Below, in pieces: positions 1-13,679 of a stretch of 64,000 nt of DNA. Source of the DNA: Eledone cirrhosa (taxonomy: Eukaryota); assembly GCA_964016885.1 (NCBI GenBank), contig OZ024754.1, forward strand, positions 6,696,001-6,760,000, in the 5' to 3' direction. The translations under genes were made by a program, and so were the position numbers. Position 1 is the stretch's first letter. Each line of letters begins with the position of its first letter. The notes under the pieces are model-generated. The model worked only from the letters and a program-made list of their open reading frames with translations. It was not told where the DNA came from and ran no database searches.

Positions 1-1462
1 CCGCTCTCTTCTGCTCTTTCTTACTTTCTCTTACACATTCAAACTTTCTTCTTTTTTTACATAAACACTCTCTCCCTCTCTCTTTCTTTCTTAAACAGCC
101 TTTTTCTCTTTTATTCTCTCTCCCTGTCCCTCTTCTCCTCTTCTGTTTCTCTCCCCACAAAGAAACCCAGACGACCGCTCACTTTACACTACACATCTGT
201 ATAACGTCTCTAGAATACACCACCGAGACCCAGAAAAGTGCATTTGTTTATTCATTGTTTTATTTTTATATTTTTGTTTCGCAGCGAAAAAAATTCCACA
301 GCATACAATGGTGAACTAATGAGGAAGGGGTGGTAACTCGACCTACTAGAAATAGCAGCCAATTCCACCTTATATATTTACTCGTTTAATTCCACAGCAA
401 ACAATAATTGTTTCTACTTTTGGCATATCATATATTGAACCATCTAAAAGAAGGACATGGTATATTAGATAATGTGGCATTAGATATACACTGTCAGTAA
501 AAAAAAAAAAAAAAAAAAATAGAAAGACTGGAATCATTTTGATCATATCTCCCTAGTAAGGGTTAGCCTGGGGCTAAACAACAACAACATTGACATTATA
601 ATCACGACGGAAATGATGTAAACAAAATCATTGTCTTCGTACATTTGGAAGAGTTTCTGCATTCTGGAAGTCGATTAAATCACAAGAAACTTTTGATGTT
701 TTTGCCCGGGATTCCTTTCTTGTAAAAGTGACAACGCCTTAGAAATAACTTCACAGCTTTACTAACAACTGTTTATATGATTCGTTTTTATTACTGTTGA
801 CCCCCCTCACCTTATTCCTCCATTTTTTAAATTTTATTTATTGAAGGAAAAGACAACCCTGTCACGGTTATTAAAACGTTTCTTGTTGATGCTGCTGCTG
901 TTGTTGAATAATTCTCTCGCTGATATTTTCTCTACCCCTTTAAAAGCAATATGGTTGACCATATTGTGTGTATCCGGTTTAAAATTGGGTCCATCGTGTC
1001 TCTTGGTCTCGTAACAGGTGATCAAAAGACATCCGGCCGTAAAACTTTACCTTATAAAGGACCCCATGATGAGTATGAATTCCATCATGGAGCCTGCAAA
1101 AGTATTTACTACTTTAGTAGGGAAAATGTTCTTTAAATGCCTGTTGGTATGGTGCACCAAACTGCAAAATGAGCCGGTAAGCAAGTCCTCTACGTAGTTA
1201 TATGTCATACTAAAAACAGCAATAGTATCTTCCTCAAATCATACCAGCTAAAACAATGACAGGGAACACATTAAAATCTTCATATCTGGCATCGGTGGGA
1301 TATTTACCAATCCTTCCTTCCGCAATCGTTTGTTAATAAATTCTTCAGAAACATCTTTAGAAACGATGAATCTTTTAAAACTTTGAAACTTTTCCCCGGT
1401 TTTAATCTTCTCCGTATTTGTTGATACCCATATAAGGTATTTCATGAAATCATAGCCGACAG

Positions 1463-1770
1463 GTTAAGAGGTTAACTTTGCAATCATATAGGTCCCGAGT
1501 TCCATCCCACTGTGTGACATTATGTAAGTGTCTTTTCCCATAGCCTCGGGTCTAACCAAGCCTTGCGTGTGAAAGTAGATAGATGGAAACTGTATGAAAG
1601 GCCGTCAGATGTAATTCAAAGAGCCGGCTTTGTCATACACTAAATCTCCCTTAGAAATACGTTAAGGGTGTATATTTCTGTTGAATGGTCAGCCACCTAC
1701 ATGTTAATCTCATGAGCAGGCTGTTCCGTTGATCGAACAACTGGAACACTCATCGTCGATATCGATTGAG
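1463..1770 (+). mobile_element. Degenerate tRNA-derived SINE (second family; related copy at ~27615-28080)
   Basis: B-box-like GAGTTCCATCCC head, then a body (ACGTTAAGGGT...CAGCCAC...GTTGATCG..AACTG) shared with 27615-28080. Confidence 0.55.
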
Positions 1771-2415
1771 GCCCCTTCCATTCCTTTCTATTCTATTCCA
1801 TTAAATATTTGATTTTGTTTATCAGTTTCGCTTGCGTTATTATTCCCTAACAGAACAAGAGAAGGAAATTTAATTTAAATGACACTCGGTCGCGATTCGC
1901 TTTAATTTTATGCACCGCTGACTCGGAATTATGTTGTATCTTGGTTACAAACCCTAAGGCTCTATTCATAATAAAAATACGTAATTGTTCATTAACATAT
2001 TCCCTATCATCTTAGTAGATTTAATTAGTACAACTAGTATTTAGTAACAGACAGTTTATATGTTGCATTCTCTAAGGAAAAACAGGAAAAGGCTATCGCT
2101 AAAAGCAAAGCATTTGATTAATGACATAAATATATAAGTATAATTAATGGTATGATAATTCTAATGATACAATGGTGTGATAATATGACTAATATAACAA
2201 TGCTAGGGTTGTAATGTTATATATTATTAATACATAACTCGTTATTTTATCTTGTCTCTTCACTAAATTGTAACAAAGGTGTTTGAAGTTCGTTTTTTTA
2301 TAGTTTTTTCCTATTGTTCTATCCTTTTTGCTAAGCTTCTGCGTACCACGTTTCTATATCTTCCTTCTAAGTTAAAAGCACATCGGTTTGGAAAATTATT
2401 TGTCTTTGTGTAATG

Positions 2416-2730
2416 CGCCAAAAGGACAACTTGGATGAAAGGCACACTAATTCGCCAAAAGGACAACTTGGATGAAAGGCAAACTAATTCTAACCTCCCT
2501 CTACTCTAAAGTGGTGGACTAACCTGCTTCTACTTTAGCTGTAGAGTGGGCTAGCCTGCCTCTCCTCTAGAGTGTTGGGGTAACCTGCCTCTACTTTAGC
2601 TGTAGAGTGGACTAGCCTGTCTACTCTACGGTGGTGGGCTAACCTGCCTCTACTCTACGGTGGTGGGTTAACCTGCCTCTACTTCAGCTGTAGAGTGGAC
2701 TAGCCTGTCTACTCTAGGGTGGTGAACTAG
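2416..2730. repeat. 37-bp direct duplication followed by degenerate ~30-bp minisatellite
   Basis: CGCCAAAAGGACAACTTGGATGAAAGGCA x2, then repeated AACCTGCCTCTACT...GTGG units. Confidence 0.75.
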
Positions 2731-3639
2731 GCTACTTGCATCAATTCTACAATGAACACTCAGAGTCGAGGTAATCACGGGGCGAACTGGCCTAGCTTCA
2801 CTGTCATCATTCAACTTGGGAAATGCATGAGCGCCACGCATCTTCATACCTTTGCCTATAAACGTGGGGATTTGTATCTATGAAAATAAATTAGTTCTTT
2901 GTAAGCCAAGGCTGTGACAGATTTTGTTCTGTGACCAATTTGAAGTTATTTTCTTTCGTTGCTGACACAAAATTATCCTCGGGAAAAGCATTTGTACCAG
3001 ATCAAGATTGAGATTTGGTTGATATATCTAGCAGGTCGAGTAACCACGAACCAGCAGCTCCATTATTGGCTCGAAAGAAAATATGAAAACTGTAGAACAA
3101 GACATAAACTCTCGGCCGCTTAAGATCACAATGTAATTTCAATCCCAAACTAAAATCATTTAATTTTCACTTGCACTATTTATACACTTGTGAATAAACG
3201 TAAATGTGATTTTTCTAATTTTCCCATCTCTGACATACAGAGTCTTTGTGTCTAGCTCTGCGTAAAACTAATATTTATTATGTTTCTTGGCGTTTAAGTC
3301 TTGTCTGCTTTGGATTATATAGAAAATATGAATCATTGAATAAAAATAGAGGAAAGTTTTGATTAAAGCTTTTAAATTATCTAGCAGCAGATGTTAATTT
3401 AGATAGAGTGAGAAGAAGGACCAAACGCTGGCAGGCTCTTCAGCAGTTGGCACCAAAGTGTTTATCGTAAAGAGCAGTTGTCAGCGGGAAGCGGAGAGGA
3501 CAACAAGCATGGGAAAATTGCATGGGAATGACGAACAAGGCTTCTTTTCAAAATTCTATAAGGTCTTCAATAATGGCTGCCTTTGTTATTTGATTGTAAT
3601 GGTGTGGAGTCTTCAGTGTCGGCGAGATGTTAATAACAG

Positions 3640-4170
3640 TGAGGTGTGAGTGGTAGTGAGGTGGTAGTGGTAGTGAGGTGGTAGTGGCAGTGAGAGGTTA
3701 GTGGCAAATAGTGAAACGTTTCTGATAGTTGGCCGTGATAGTGGTGGTGGTTTGGTGATGATGGTAGTGGTGGTGGTTTGGTGATGATGGTAGTGGTGGT
3801 GGTTTGGTGATGATGGTAGTGGTGGTGGTTTGGTGATGATGGTAGTGGTGGTGGTTTGGTGGTGATGATAGTAGTGGTGGTGATGGTGTTGATGGTAGTG
3901 TGGTAGTGGTGGTGGTGGTGGTTTGGTGGTGATTGTGGTGGTCTGGTGGTGATTATGGTAGTGGTGGCAGTGGTTTGGTGATGAGGGTGGTGATAGCGAT
4001 AGTTTGCTGCTGCTGCTGACGATGATGGTGGTGATGGTAGTGGTGATAGTGGTGGTGATGGCGCAAGTTTGCTGATGATGATGGCGGTGGTGGTGGATGT
4101 TTATGAGGTGAGGGTTGTGGTGATGATGATAGTTGTAGTGGTGGTGTTGGTGATAGTAATCGTGATGGTA
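3640..4170. repeat. (GGT/GAT)n low-complexity tract
   Basis: Visible trinucleotide repeats. Confidence 0.9.
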
Positions 4171-4452
4171 GTATTAGTGCTTTATATCCATGTAGGAGAA
4201 CCGCTACCGATGCACTGAACGAGTGTGACTTTTTAGTCCAGCCATCGGCATATATATACACACACATATATACACATATACATACATATATATACACATA
4301 TATATATATATATATATACACATATATATATATATACATATATATATATACACATATATATATATACATATATATAAATATATACATACATATATAAATA
4401 TATACATACATATACATACACATATATATACATATATATATACATATATATA

Positions 4453-5060
4453 TGGTGGCTGGCAACTCGTTTTCGAGTACGGCCACTACTTTATATCCAT
4501 GTAGGAGAACCCCTACCGATGCGCTGAACGAGTGTGACGTTTTAGTCCAGCCAGCGACTTGAAAACTCTGGTACAAACACTACATTTGTGACAATTATTG
4601 ACACATAGTGCTGTGCCCATGGTACCATGTGACGACAAGTGCAGAGAGATCTCCAGATATAAAGCAATGCCTGTGCCGTGAAGCTTTTATAGTGACCAAA
4701 GGCACTGCACAAAGCCAGTCCCATTCTCTTAACCAAGATGATATTTACCAAAAAGAAGAACAAGTCAACTTCATTGGATACCATCAGGGTTGCAGGTGTT
4801 ATATCAGAGTTTTCCTTCTCCTAAAAGTCTGCCTTGACAAAGGCTAAGGGTCATCTCTCCCGGTGATTTTGGATGGTCATTGACTCTTAAGAGCTTCTTT
4901 GCCCTTTGACAGGTTTTGTTTTTAGTCCTGCAAGATGTCAAAAGTCACCCTCCTCACCAAGAAACCTTGGTGGGGTTGCCAGTTTAGTCGCCAATGACCC
5001 GACCATGAGCCAGGTTGTACTGGGATACATGTTACCAGTAGCACCAACTGGTGACCTGAC
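4453..5060 (-). mobile_element. Non-autonomous RTE-derived retroelement (5'UTR-like part fused to RTE 3' end)
   Basis: Near-identical copies at 53183-53733, 49559-49973 and 16929-17130; 3' part encodes C-x2-C...GLKxHTRSAH typical of RTE ORF C-termini; flanked by (TA)n and (TACA)n. Confidence 0.75.
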
Positions 5061-5404
5061 ATATACATACATACACATACATACATACATACATACATAC
5101 ATACATACATACATACATACATACATACATACATAGATAGAGACACACATACAGACATGTGACGTATTATTATGCTTGACGACATCATGGAAGAATCAGC
5201 CTGTTCCTGTATGTGTGTGTGCCTGTATGTATACATATGTGTATACATGTGTGTGTGTGTGCATGTGTGTACCTGTGTGTATACATGTGTGTGTGTCTGT
5301 GCCTATATATGACGGTGTTTATACGTATATATAAATATGTGTGTATATAAACATATCAAAGAAAAGACAAAACAATTACAACAAAACCTAAATCATTATA
5401 TAAT

Positions 5405-5675
5405 TATCACATACACAGACACACACAGACACACAGACACACATACACACAGACACATACACAGACACACAGACACACAGAGACACAGACACACACAGAC
5501 ACACAGACACACATAGACACACACAGACACACAGACACACAACAGAGACACATACACAGACACACATACACAGACACACATACACAGACACACATACACA
5601 GATACACATACACAGACACACATACACAGACACACATACACAGAGACACACAGACACACACTCAGAGAGAGAGAC
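5405..5675. repeat. (CA/GA)n compound microsatellite
   Basis: ACACAGAC repeats. Confidence 0.9.
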
Positions 5676-5899
5676 AAAAAGACACGTGAATACTTATGTA
5701 GATTACGCACCATTTCCGGTTATATTGTGTCATGCGTAGAAGAAACAGTGGTTAAATAGATCAATCAGCTGACAGGTCAGTGTGTTACGTAAGGCGAAAC
5801 GTAATCGTGTTCGTTAATTGAACAATTGTAAGGATTAAAGTTCAGAGAAAGGTTATTTCACAACTGGTTACAAAACAACTGTTGTTGACTAAGACATTG

Positions 5900-7260
5900 C
5901 TGACTGTTGTTGTTGTTGTGGTGGTTGTTGTGGTGGTGGTGGTTGTTGATGTGGTTGTTGTGGTGGTGGTGGTTGTTGTGATTGTTGTGGTGGTGGTTGT
6001 TGTGGTTGTTGTGGTTGTTGTGGTGGTGGTTGTTGATGTGGTGGTGGTCGTTGTTGTGGTGGCTGTTGTGGTTGTGGTTGTGGTTGTTGTGGTGGTGGTT
6101 GTGGTGGTGGTGGTTGTTGTAGTGGTGGTTGTTGTTGATGTGGTTGTTGTGGTGGTGGTGGTTGTTGTGGTTGTTGTGGTGGTGGTGGTGGTTGTTGTGG
6201 TTGTTGTGGTGGTGGTTGTTGATGTGGTGGTGGTTGTTGATGTGGTTGTGGTGGTGGTTGTTGATGTGGTGGTGGCTGTTGTTGTGGTGGTTGATGTGGT
6301 TGTTGTGGTGGTGGTTGTTGATGTGGTTGTTGTGGTGGTGGTTGTTGATGTGGTGGTGGTTGTTGATGTGGTTGTTGTTGTTGTGGTGGTGGTTGTTGAT
6401 GTGGTGGTGGTTGTTGATGTGGTTGTGGTGGTGGTGGTTGTTGTGGTTGATGTTGTGGTTGAAGTTGTGGTTGATGTTGTGGTTGATGTTGTGGTTGATA
6501 TTGTTGTGGTTTATGTTGGTGGTTGATGTGGTTGATGTTGTTGTGGTGGTTGATGTTTTTGATGTTGATGTTGTGGTGGTTGATGTTTTTGTATCATTTG
6601 TTTTTTCTTCTATTATCTCTTCAGTTAAGATAGACGTTCTCAGAATGTAGTGGTGGTGATGGTGGTGTTGTTGTTGGTGGTGGTGGGCCGTGGTTTTGGT
6701 GGGGTCGTGGTTTTGGTGGTGGTGTGGTGGGGTCGTGGTTTTGGTGGTGGTGTGGTGGGGTCGTGGTTTTGGTGGTGGTGTGGTGGGGTCGTGGTTTTGG
6801 TGGGGTCGTGGTTTTGGTGGGGTCGTGGTTTTGGTGGGGTCGTGGTTTTGGTGGTGGTGGTGGGGTCGTGGTTTTGGTGGTGGTGGTGGGATCGACGTGA
6901 CGGTAGTGAAGCTGTCAAAGTGGGAGAGAACGAGGGTGAGAGAGAGAAGTAGTGAGGGTGGGAGTGAGAGAAGTAGTGAGGGTGGGAGTGAGAGAAGTAG
7001 TGAGGGTGGGAGTGAGAGAAGTAGTGAGGGTGGGAGTGATAGAAGTAGTGAGGGTGGGAGTGATAGAAGTAGTGAGGGTGGTAGAGAAGAAGGGTGGAGG
7101 GTGGGAGAGAAGTAGTGAGTGATAGAGAGAAGTAGTGAGTGAGAGAGAGAAGTAGTGGGGTGGTGGTAGAGGAGGGCGGGTGGTGGTAGTAGAGGAGGGC
7201 GGGTGGTGGTAGATGATGGCGGGTGGTGGTAGATGATGGCGGGTGGTGGTAGAGAAGTAG
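5900..7260. repeat. (GTT/GGT)n tract, GGGGTCGTGGTTTTGGT repeats and 24-bp AGAAGTAGTGAGGGTGGGAGTGAG tandem
   Basis: Visible periodicity. Confidence 0.9.
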
Positions 7261-7860
7261 GGAGGTGGAAGGTGGGTAGTATATAATATAGAAGGGAATA
7301 TTTTAAATAGCCAAGTGGAAGGTGACAAGTAGGATGGAGTGTTAAGTGTTTTAAAAGCGAAAGTTTTGATTACAGGAAACAGTTTGAAATAAGAAGCCAT
7401 TCTTTTATCCTTCATTTATTTATTCTATTGAAGTGAGAATAACATATTTTATAGTCTTTATTGTTATGTCACTATTGACATGTTGTTGTTGTTGTTACAG
7501 TTGTTTAGCTCGGCCTAGATGGAGCACACATAGGGACATTCCTACTGCGACCCTCTCCTCTTTTTCTATGTAGACATTGTAGACAGTTCTTTGTTTTATG
7601 TAAGAACATTGATATACGAGTCCATAAAGGGACTTAATGAATATGGAGCATGGATAACTAAAAATCCTTAGAAAAAAACATGGAACGAGCTACCAAGTCA
7701 TACTCGATTAAGTGTGACGTCAGTATTTAGTTTACATCGCAGAATATATTTTGCCGTTTTTTATGTGAACAGCCATAAAACAGCCCGTGGTAATATGATT
7801 GACTATATTCAGGGAAAATGGCCGTTTATAAATACCACGTAACGTCCACACATACTTGTT

Positions 7861-7915
<55 letters not shown>

Positions 7916-8318
7916 GTATTCCTGTCTGTTTGTTTGTTCACGAACTCCTCCTATGTTTTGGAGATAGACCCCCATAACCATATATATTCTGAAACTACAT
8001 TTCCCAGGGCACTTGGATAAGTATATTTCATTTTAATCAAAGGGTTCCCCGGGGGCACACACCCCCGCTGAAAATATTTTCCCTTCGATTTATATGATAT
8101 TTAAATCATAACCAGGTAAATGACTATAGGTAAATGACTAGATATGATGCCTATTCACAAAATGTCAGCAAATTTGAATAATATTAAGACACCCTAATGG
8201 AGGTTAAAACCTCTATTGTCAAAATGTTGGCCAATAAATGGAACAAGAACTCCTATTGTTTTGGAGATAGATCCCATAACCATATATATTCTGAAACTAC
8301 ATTGCCCAGGGTACTTGG

Positions 8319-8353
<35 letters not shown>

Positions 8354-9166
8354 CTGTATCGTTTCCGTGTTTATTCGTTTTCATTTCACATATATTCATA
8401 CATACATATACATACACACACACACACATGAATTCTACCCACCAATCCGTGCTTTCTCTCACATTTTAGAGGTCACGTGTCACGACAGCATTTAACAGCA
8501 AAATCTGGGAAGCCGGCGGCCTGTTGAGTTTGAGACCTGATGACGTGCAATAGCCCAGATTGCGGAATGTCTGCTGATATTAAGCAATTCCCTGCATGAA
8601 ATACTTAACAGTTATAAACAAAATGTTCCATGAAATAGATATTGAGATATCTTTGCCAAGACACTCCCACAGTACTAAATATTTGTGGACACTCCATTTC
8701 GTATTTTAAGATGCCGTTCCTCAACTGCAAGCTTATTATCTCATTGAGTGAGTGGGGCATGGCTGGATTCACTGAAATAAATTCGTTGACTGCCATATAG
8801 GTGTGTAAAATAACGTAGTACTAATAGAATTCAAACTGTGGCTGAACGAGCACACACAATATTATATATATGCAAAGATACATATGCACGTATGCATACA
8901 TACATACACACACATATGTATGCACACATATGTATATGTATTTATATATACATACATATATATACATACACACATATGTATGTGTATTTATATATATATA
9001 TATATATACATATACATACATACATACACGCATATGTCTGCACACATATGCATGTGTATTTATACATACATACATACATACATACATACATACATACATA
9101 CATACATACATACATACATACATACATACGTACGTACGTATGTATGTATGTATGTATGTATGTATG

Positions 9167-9378
9167 TTAGTAAAAGGAAAAGAAAATACTGACAAATTTT
9201 TCCCAGTGAAAAATAGTTTAATTAGGAATAAGTATAAATTAGTAATAAGTATTGGTTTTAAGTTTTTACCGGTTGCGCATTTCTAATGCTTTTCAATTTA
9301 GACTAATTTATACTTATTCCTAATTAAACTATTTTTCACTGGGAAAAATTTATCAGCATTTTCTTTTCCTTTTACTAA
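9167..9378. repeat. ~77-bp inverted repeat with 58-bp spacer containing a degenerate hammerhead
   Basis: Arms 9167-9243 and 9302-9378 are near reverse complements; spacer minus strand reads TTGAAAA-GCAT-TAGAA-ATGC-GCAA-CCGG-TA. Confidence 0.75.
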
Positions 9379-9621
9379 TATATCACAACTCGTGTGTTAC
9401 ACCTCTATTTTTTTAAATATATATATATATATATATATAATGGAAAAATTTGAACAGGAACAAAACAGAGAGGCAGTACAACGAATGTTTATATATATAT
9501 ACACATATTAGCTATTTTGGGGAATATATATATACATGCAAAGACACATATGCACGTATGCATACATACACATACATACATACACACATATATATGCAAA
9601 GATACATATGCACATATGCAT

Positions 9622-9670
<49 letters not shown>

Positions 9671-10181
9671 TGTATATATATATTATATATATTAGATATT
9701 TTTGGGAATATATATATATATATATATATACTTATATATACATATTAGATATTTGGGGAAATATATATATATATATAAATGCATACACACACACACACAA
9801 AAGTACACGAGTATTATTTTTCTTAAATCCGACAAAATTATATCGGATTAAAGAAAAGAGAAGCTTTAGATAAACGTCTCTGGTTTTCTTATTTTACTTT
9901 CTTTTGTAACTTTTGTAACATTTTTCATATATACAAACATATCTATACACACACATATACGTATTTATACATACACACTTATGTGTGTGTGAGTGTGTGT
10001 GTACAGTAAATTGATGATGATATATATTAGTTTAACTCTTGATATAGTTGGTAAATAGTCTTAATGTTTCGGATGTTAGTCCTACATCAGAAGATAGAAT
10101 GAAAATAGAAAGATAGAAGCTAGAAAGAAGAAGAAACAGAAAAAAAGGGAAAGCAGGTGTGTGCTTTAGTCAACTATTTTG

Positions 10182-10219
<38 letters not shown>

Positions 10220-10221
<2 letters not shown>

Positions 10222-10413
10222 AATTTATCCCGGGGTCAATCGGGGATAACCACAGTAAGTAAGGTACTCAATACATAGCAAAGTATACATATTTAATATA
10301 AAAATGGCTTCTACAGGACTAGAACTGTTTCATTCGGGAGAAATCATCAGGAAGGTCTGATGATTTCTCCCGAATGAAACAGTTCTAGTCCTGTAGAAGC
10401 TATTTCTATATTT
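10220..10413. mobile_element. Family A hammerhead mini-element in (TA)n, head-to-head palindrome
   Basis: Same element at 29949-30144, 31756-31950, 34381-34532, 50000-50193, 50225-50551 and 63550-63697. Confidence 0.8.
10308..10354 (-). ncRNA. Type I hammerhead ribozyme, family A
   Basis: Minus: CUUC-CUGAUGA-U-UUC-UCCC-GAA-U-GAAA-CAG-UUCUAGUC-CUG-UA-GAAG. Confidence 0.8.
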
Positions 10414-10422
10414 AAAAAAAAA

Positions 10423-10455
<33 letters not shown>

Positions 10456-10585
10456 TACATATACACATATGTATATAGATATACATATATATATATATAT
10501 GTATGTACATTTTTATACATATGCACACTCACCCCTACACATTATATATATATGTGTAAAAGGTAAACAGAAATAACACAATCGG

Positions 10586-10629
<44 letters not shown>

Positions 10630-10630
10630 A

Positions 10631-10663
<33 letters not shown>

Positions 10664-10759
10664 AAGAGAGGGAGAGAGAGAAAACGAGAGAGAGAGAGAG
10701 AGAAAACGAGAGAGAGAAAACGAGAGAGAGAGAGAGAGAAAGAGAGAGAAAGAAAGAGA

Positions 10760-10823
<64 letters not shown>

Positions 10824-10884
10824 ACGAGAGAGAGAGAGAAAACGAGAGAGAGAGAGAGAAAACGAGAGAGAGAGAGAGAGAGAA

Positions 10885-10919
<35 letters not shown>

Positions 10920-10949
10920 AAACGAGAGAAAGAGAGAGAGAGAGAGAAC

Positions 10950-10994
<45 letters not shown>

Positions 10995-11038
10995 CGAGAG
11001 AGAGAGAAAACGAGAGAGAGAGAAAACGAGAGAGAGAG
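10630..11038. repeat. (GA)n compound microsatellite
   Basis: Visible. Confidence 0.95.
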
Positions 11039-11336
11039 TTGGTGGAACAGATTGCAAAAGACACTTAAGAAACAATAACAATTTCAAACAAAATCAAACA
11101 GTTACCTTTGCAGATTATCCCAAGAAAATTACTGGTATCAGCATGGTATTAGGTCATAATTATAAAATCTCCAGATATTTGACGTTATTGGTATAGTATG
11201 AGATTTATAATAAACACCGAAGAAGTTACACGTGTTAGCATAGTATTAATTCCATTATGAATTTTTACCCCAGTAAATCACTGGTATTGGCATGACAATC
11301 GAACTATTATGAATCCTCAGAATATCGCCCCCAAGA

Positions 11337-11383
<47 letters not shown>

Positions 11384-11394
11384 GTATATATATA

Positions 11395-11529
11395 GTAATA
11401 ATAATAAATATGAAGACTAAAATCCAAACAGGGCTCGATAAGGAGAAATATATATCAAATATATAAAAACCCTAGAAGATCCCGTTAAGGGTGAAAGCAG
11501 CGATTCTTTGCTTAAACTTTAATCTGTTA

Positions 11530-11533
<4 letters not shown>
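11395..11533. mobile_element. Family J mini-element (partial, rearranged) in (TA)n
   Basis: Matches 36000-36255 and 58562-59148; contains AGAAGATCCCGTTAAGGGTGAAAGCAGCGATTCTTTGCTTAAAC. Confidence 0.7.
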
Positions 11534-11626
<93 letters not shown>

Positions 11627-11737
11627 CAAATGCAATAGAAATATAAAAGACAGCGAGAAGCGAAAACCAACCAAACAGTGAGTGTGTTCTGTTATTAATT
11701 CTGGCAATATTACACAAATATGACCCTCCCCAAGTAT

Positions 11738-11796
<59 letters not shown>

Positions 11797-11837
11797 CGAA
11801 ATATGAGTCAATTGCATGAACTCATAATCCTTTATTT

Positions 11838-11893
11838 ACTGCTATATATATTTCGATGATAGCCATTGAATGGCTATGACCTCATCAGGCAGT
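11838..11893 (-). ncRNA. Minimal type I hammerhead ribozyme, family E, in (TA)n-flanked island 11793-11907
   Basis: Minus: ACUGC-CUGAUGA-GGU-C-AUAGCCAU-UCA-AUGGCUAU-C-AUC-GAAA-UAUAUA-UA-GCAGU. Confidence 0.85.
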
Positions 11894-11985
11894 TAGTCAG
11901 TTCTTAGATATATATATATATATACAGGTTTCAAAAATGCAATATAAATATATATATATATATACACACAGGTTTCAAAAATGCA

Positions 11986-12031
<46 letters not shown>

Positions 12032-12089
12032 ATAATAATAAATTTGAAGACTAAAATCCAAAGAGGGCTCGATAAGGATAAATATATAT

Positions 12090-12126
<37 letters not shown>

Positions 12127-12603
12127 GGTTCAAAAATGCAATATAAATATATATATATAAATATATATATATAAATATATACACATATATATATATATAC
12201 ACACACAGGTTTCAAAAATGCAAATGTAAATAAACTTGGCTGGGCTTCATGTTACCAGAATATTCCTAGAATATATATATAATCATAAATGAAGTTTTTA
12301 TATTTGGCGCTTGTATTTAATGTAGCTTGTTACTGGTGCTGTTGTTGTTAATGATGATGATGGTGGTGGTGGTGGTGGTGGTGGTGGTGGTGGTGGTGGT
12401 GGTGGTGGTGGTGGTGGTGGTAATTATGGTGGTAAATCATGTTGTCGTCACTGATGCAGTTTAACCTCTTTGATACTAAAAAAAAACCACATGTAAAAGC
12501 CTCTGCTTCTATGACAATATTTTATTTTCAAGTGTTTGTTTGTTTGTTTGTGTGTGTGGTCTGTGTGGTGTGTGGTCTCTGTGTGTGTGTGTGTGTGTGT
12601 GTA

Positions 12604-12635
<32 letters not shown>

Positions 12636-13038
12636 GTGTGTGTGGTGTGTGTGTGTGTGTATATATATATATATTATAGATATATTGTATGTATATATAT
12701 ATATATTATAGATATATTGTGTATATATATACATATATATATTATAGATATATTGTGTGTATATTATATATATATATATATATTATAGATATAGTATATA
12801 TATATATACATATATATATTATAGATATAGTGTATATATATATATACATATATATATTATAGATATATTGTGTGTGTATATATATATATATATTATAGAT
12901 ATATATATATTATAGATATATTGTATATATATATATATATTATAGATATATTGTGTATATATATATATATTATAGATATATTGTGTATATATATATATAT
13001 TATAGATATATTGTGTATATATATATATATATATATAT

Positions 13039-13109
<71 letters not shown>

Positions 13110-13113
13110 ATAG

Positions 13114-13156
<43 letters not shown>

Positions 13157-13160
13157 ATAG

Positions 13161-13192
<32 letters not shown>

Positions 13193-13199
13193 GTAATAG

Positions 13200-13251
<52 letters not shown>

Positions 13252-13592
13252 GATATGTGTATATATATATAAACACCTTCCGTTATAATTATCCAGAAGA
13301 AAACTGGTCGTCAAGTTCCAAACACCAACTCAATAATTAGAACATTATTTTACAAATTATTGATTATTTCCAAAATGATTTGGAACTGTCTTTGATCAAC
13401 TCTATGGTAACGAGATGGTGAACACCCTTAATCCAATGTGATGAGGTCAACCTACGGTCAAAGGTAACATTCCAGCCGTGGCCACCCCGTTTTTTAATAC
13501 TAAGAAGTCTAAGTATTTTACCTATATCGGACAACAGTGAATTGTGTAAAGGAAATTTAACTGTTATTTCTAGATAGTCAAGTGACCATGTA

Positions 13593-13634
<42 letters not shown>

Positions 13635-13679
13635 GACTCGTAGTAATGACTGGTATTGATGTTACAGCTGGTAATATTT

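Noticed and set aside
4995-5045. Twister or HDV-like ribozyme in the RTE-derived leader
   Set aside because: Has UAA, CAUG/CAUG and a GUACAA loop but lacks the conserved GA-G and pseudoknot partner; could not be fitted to either class.
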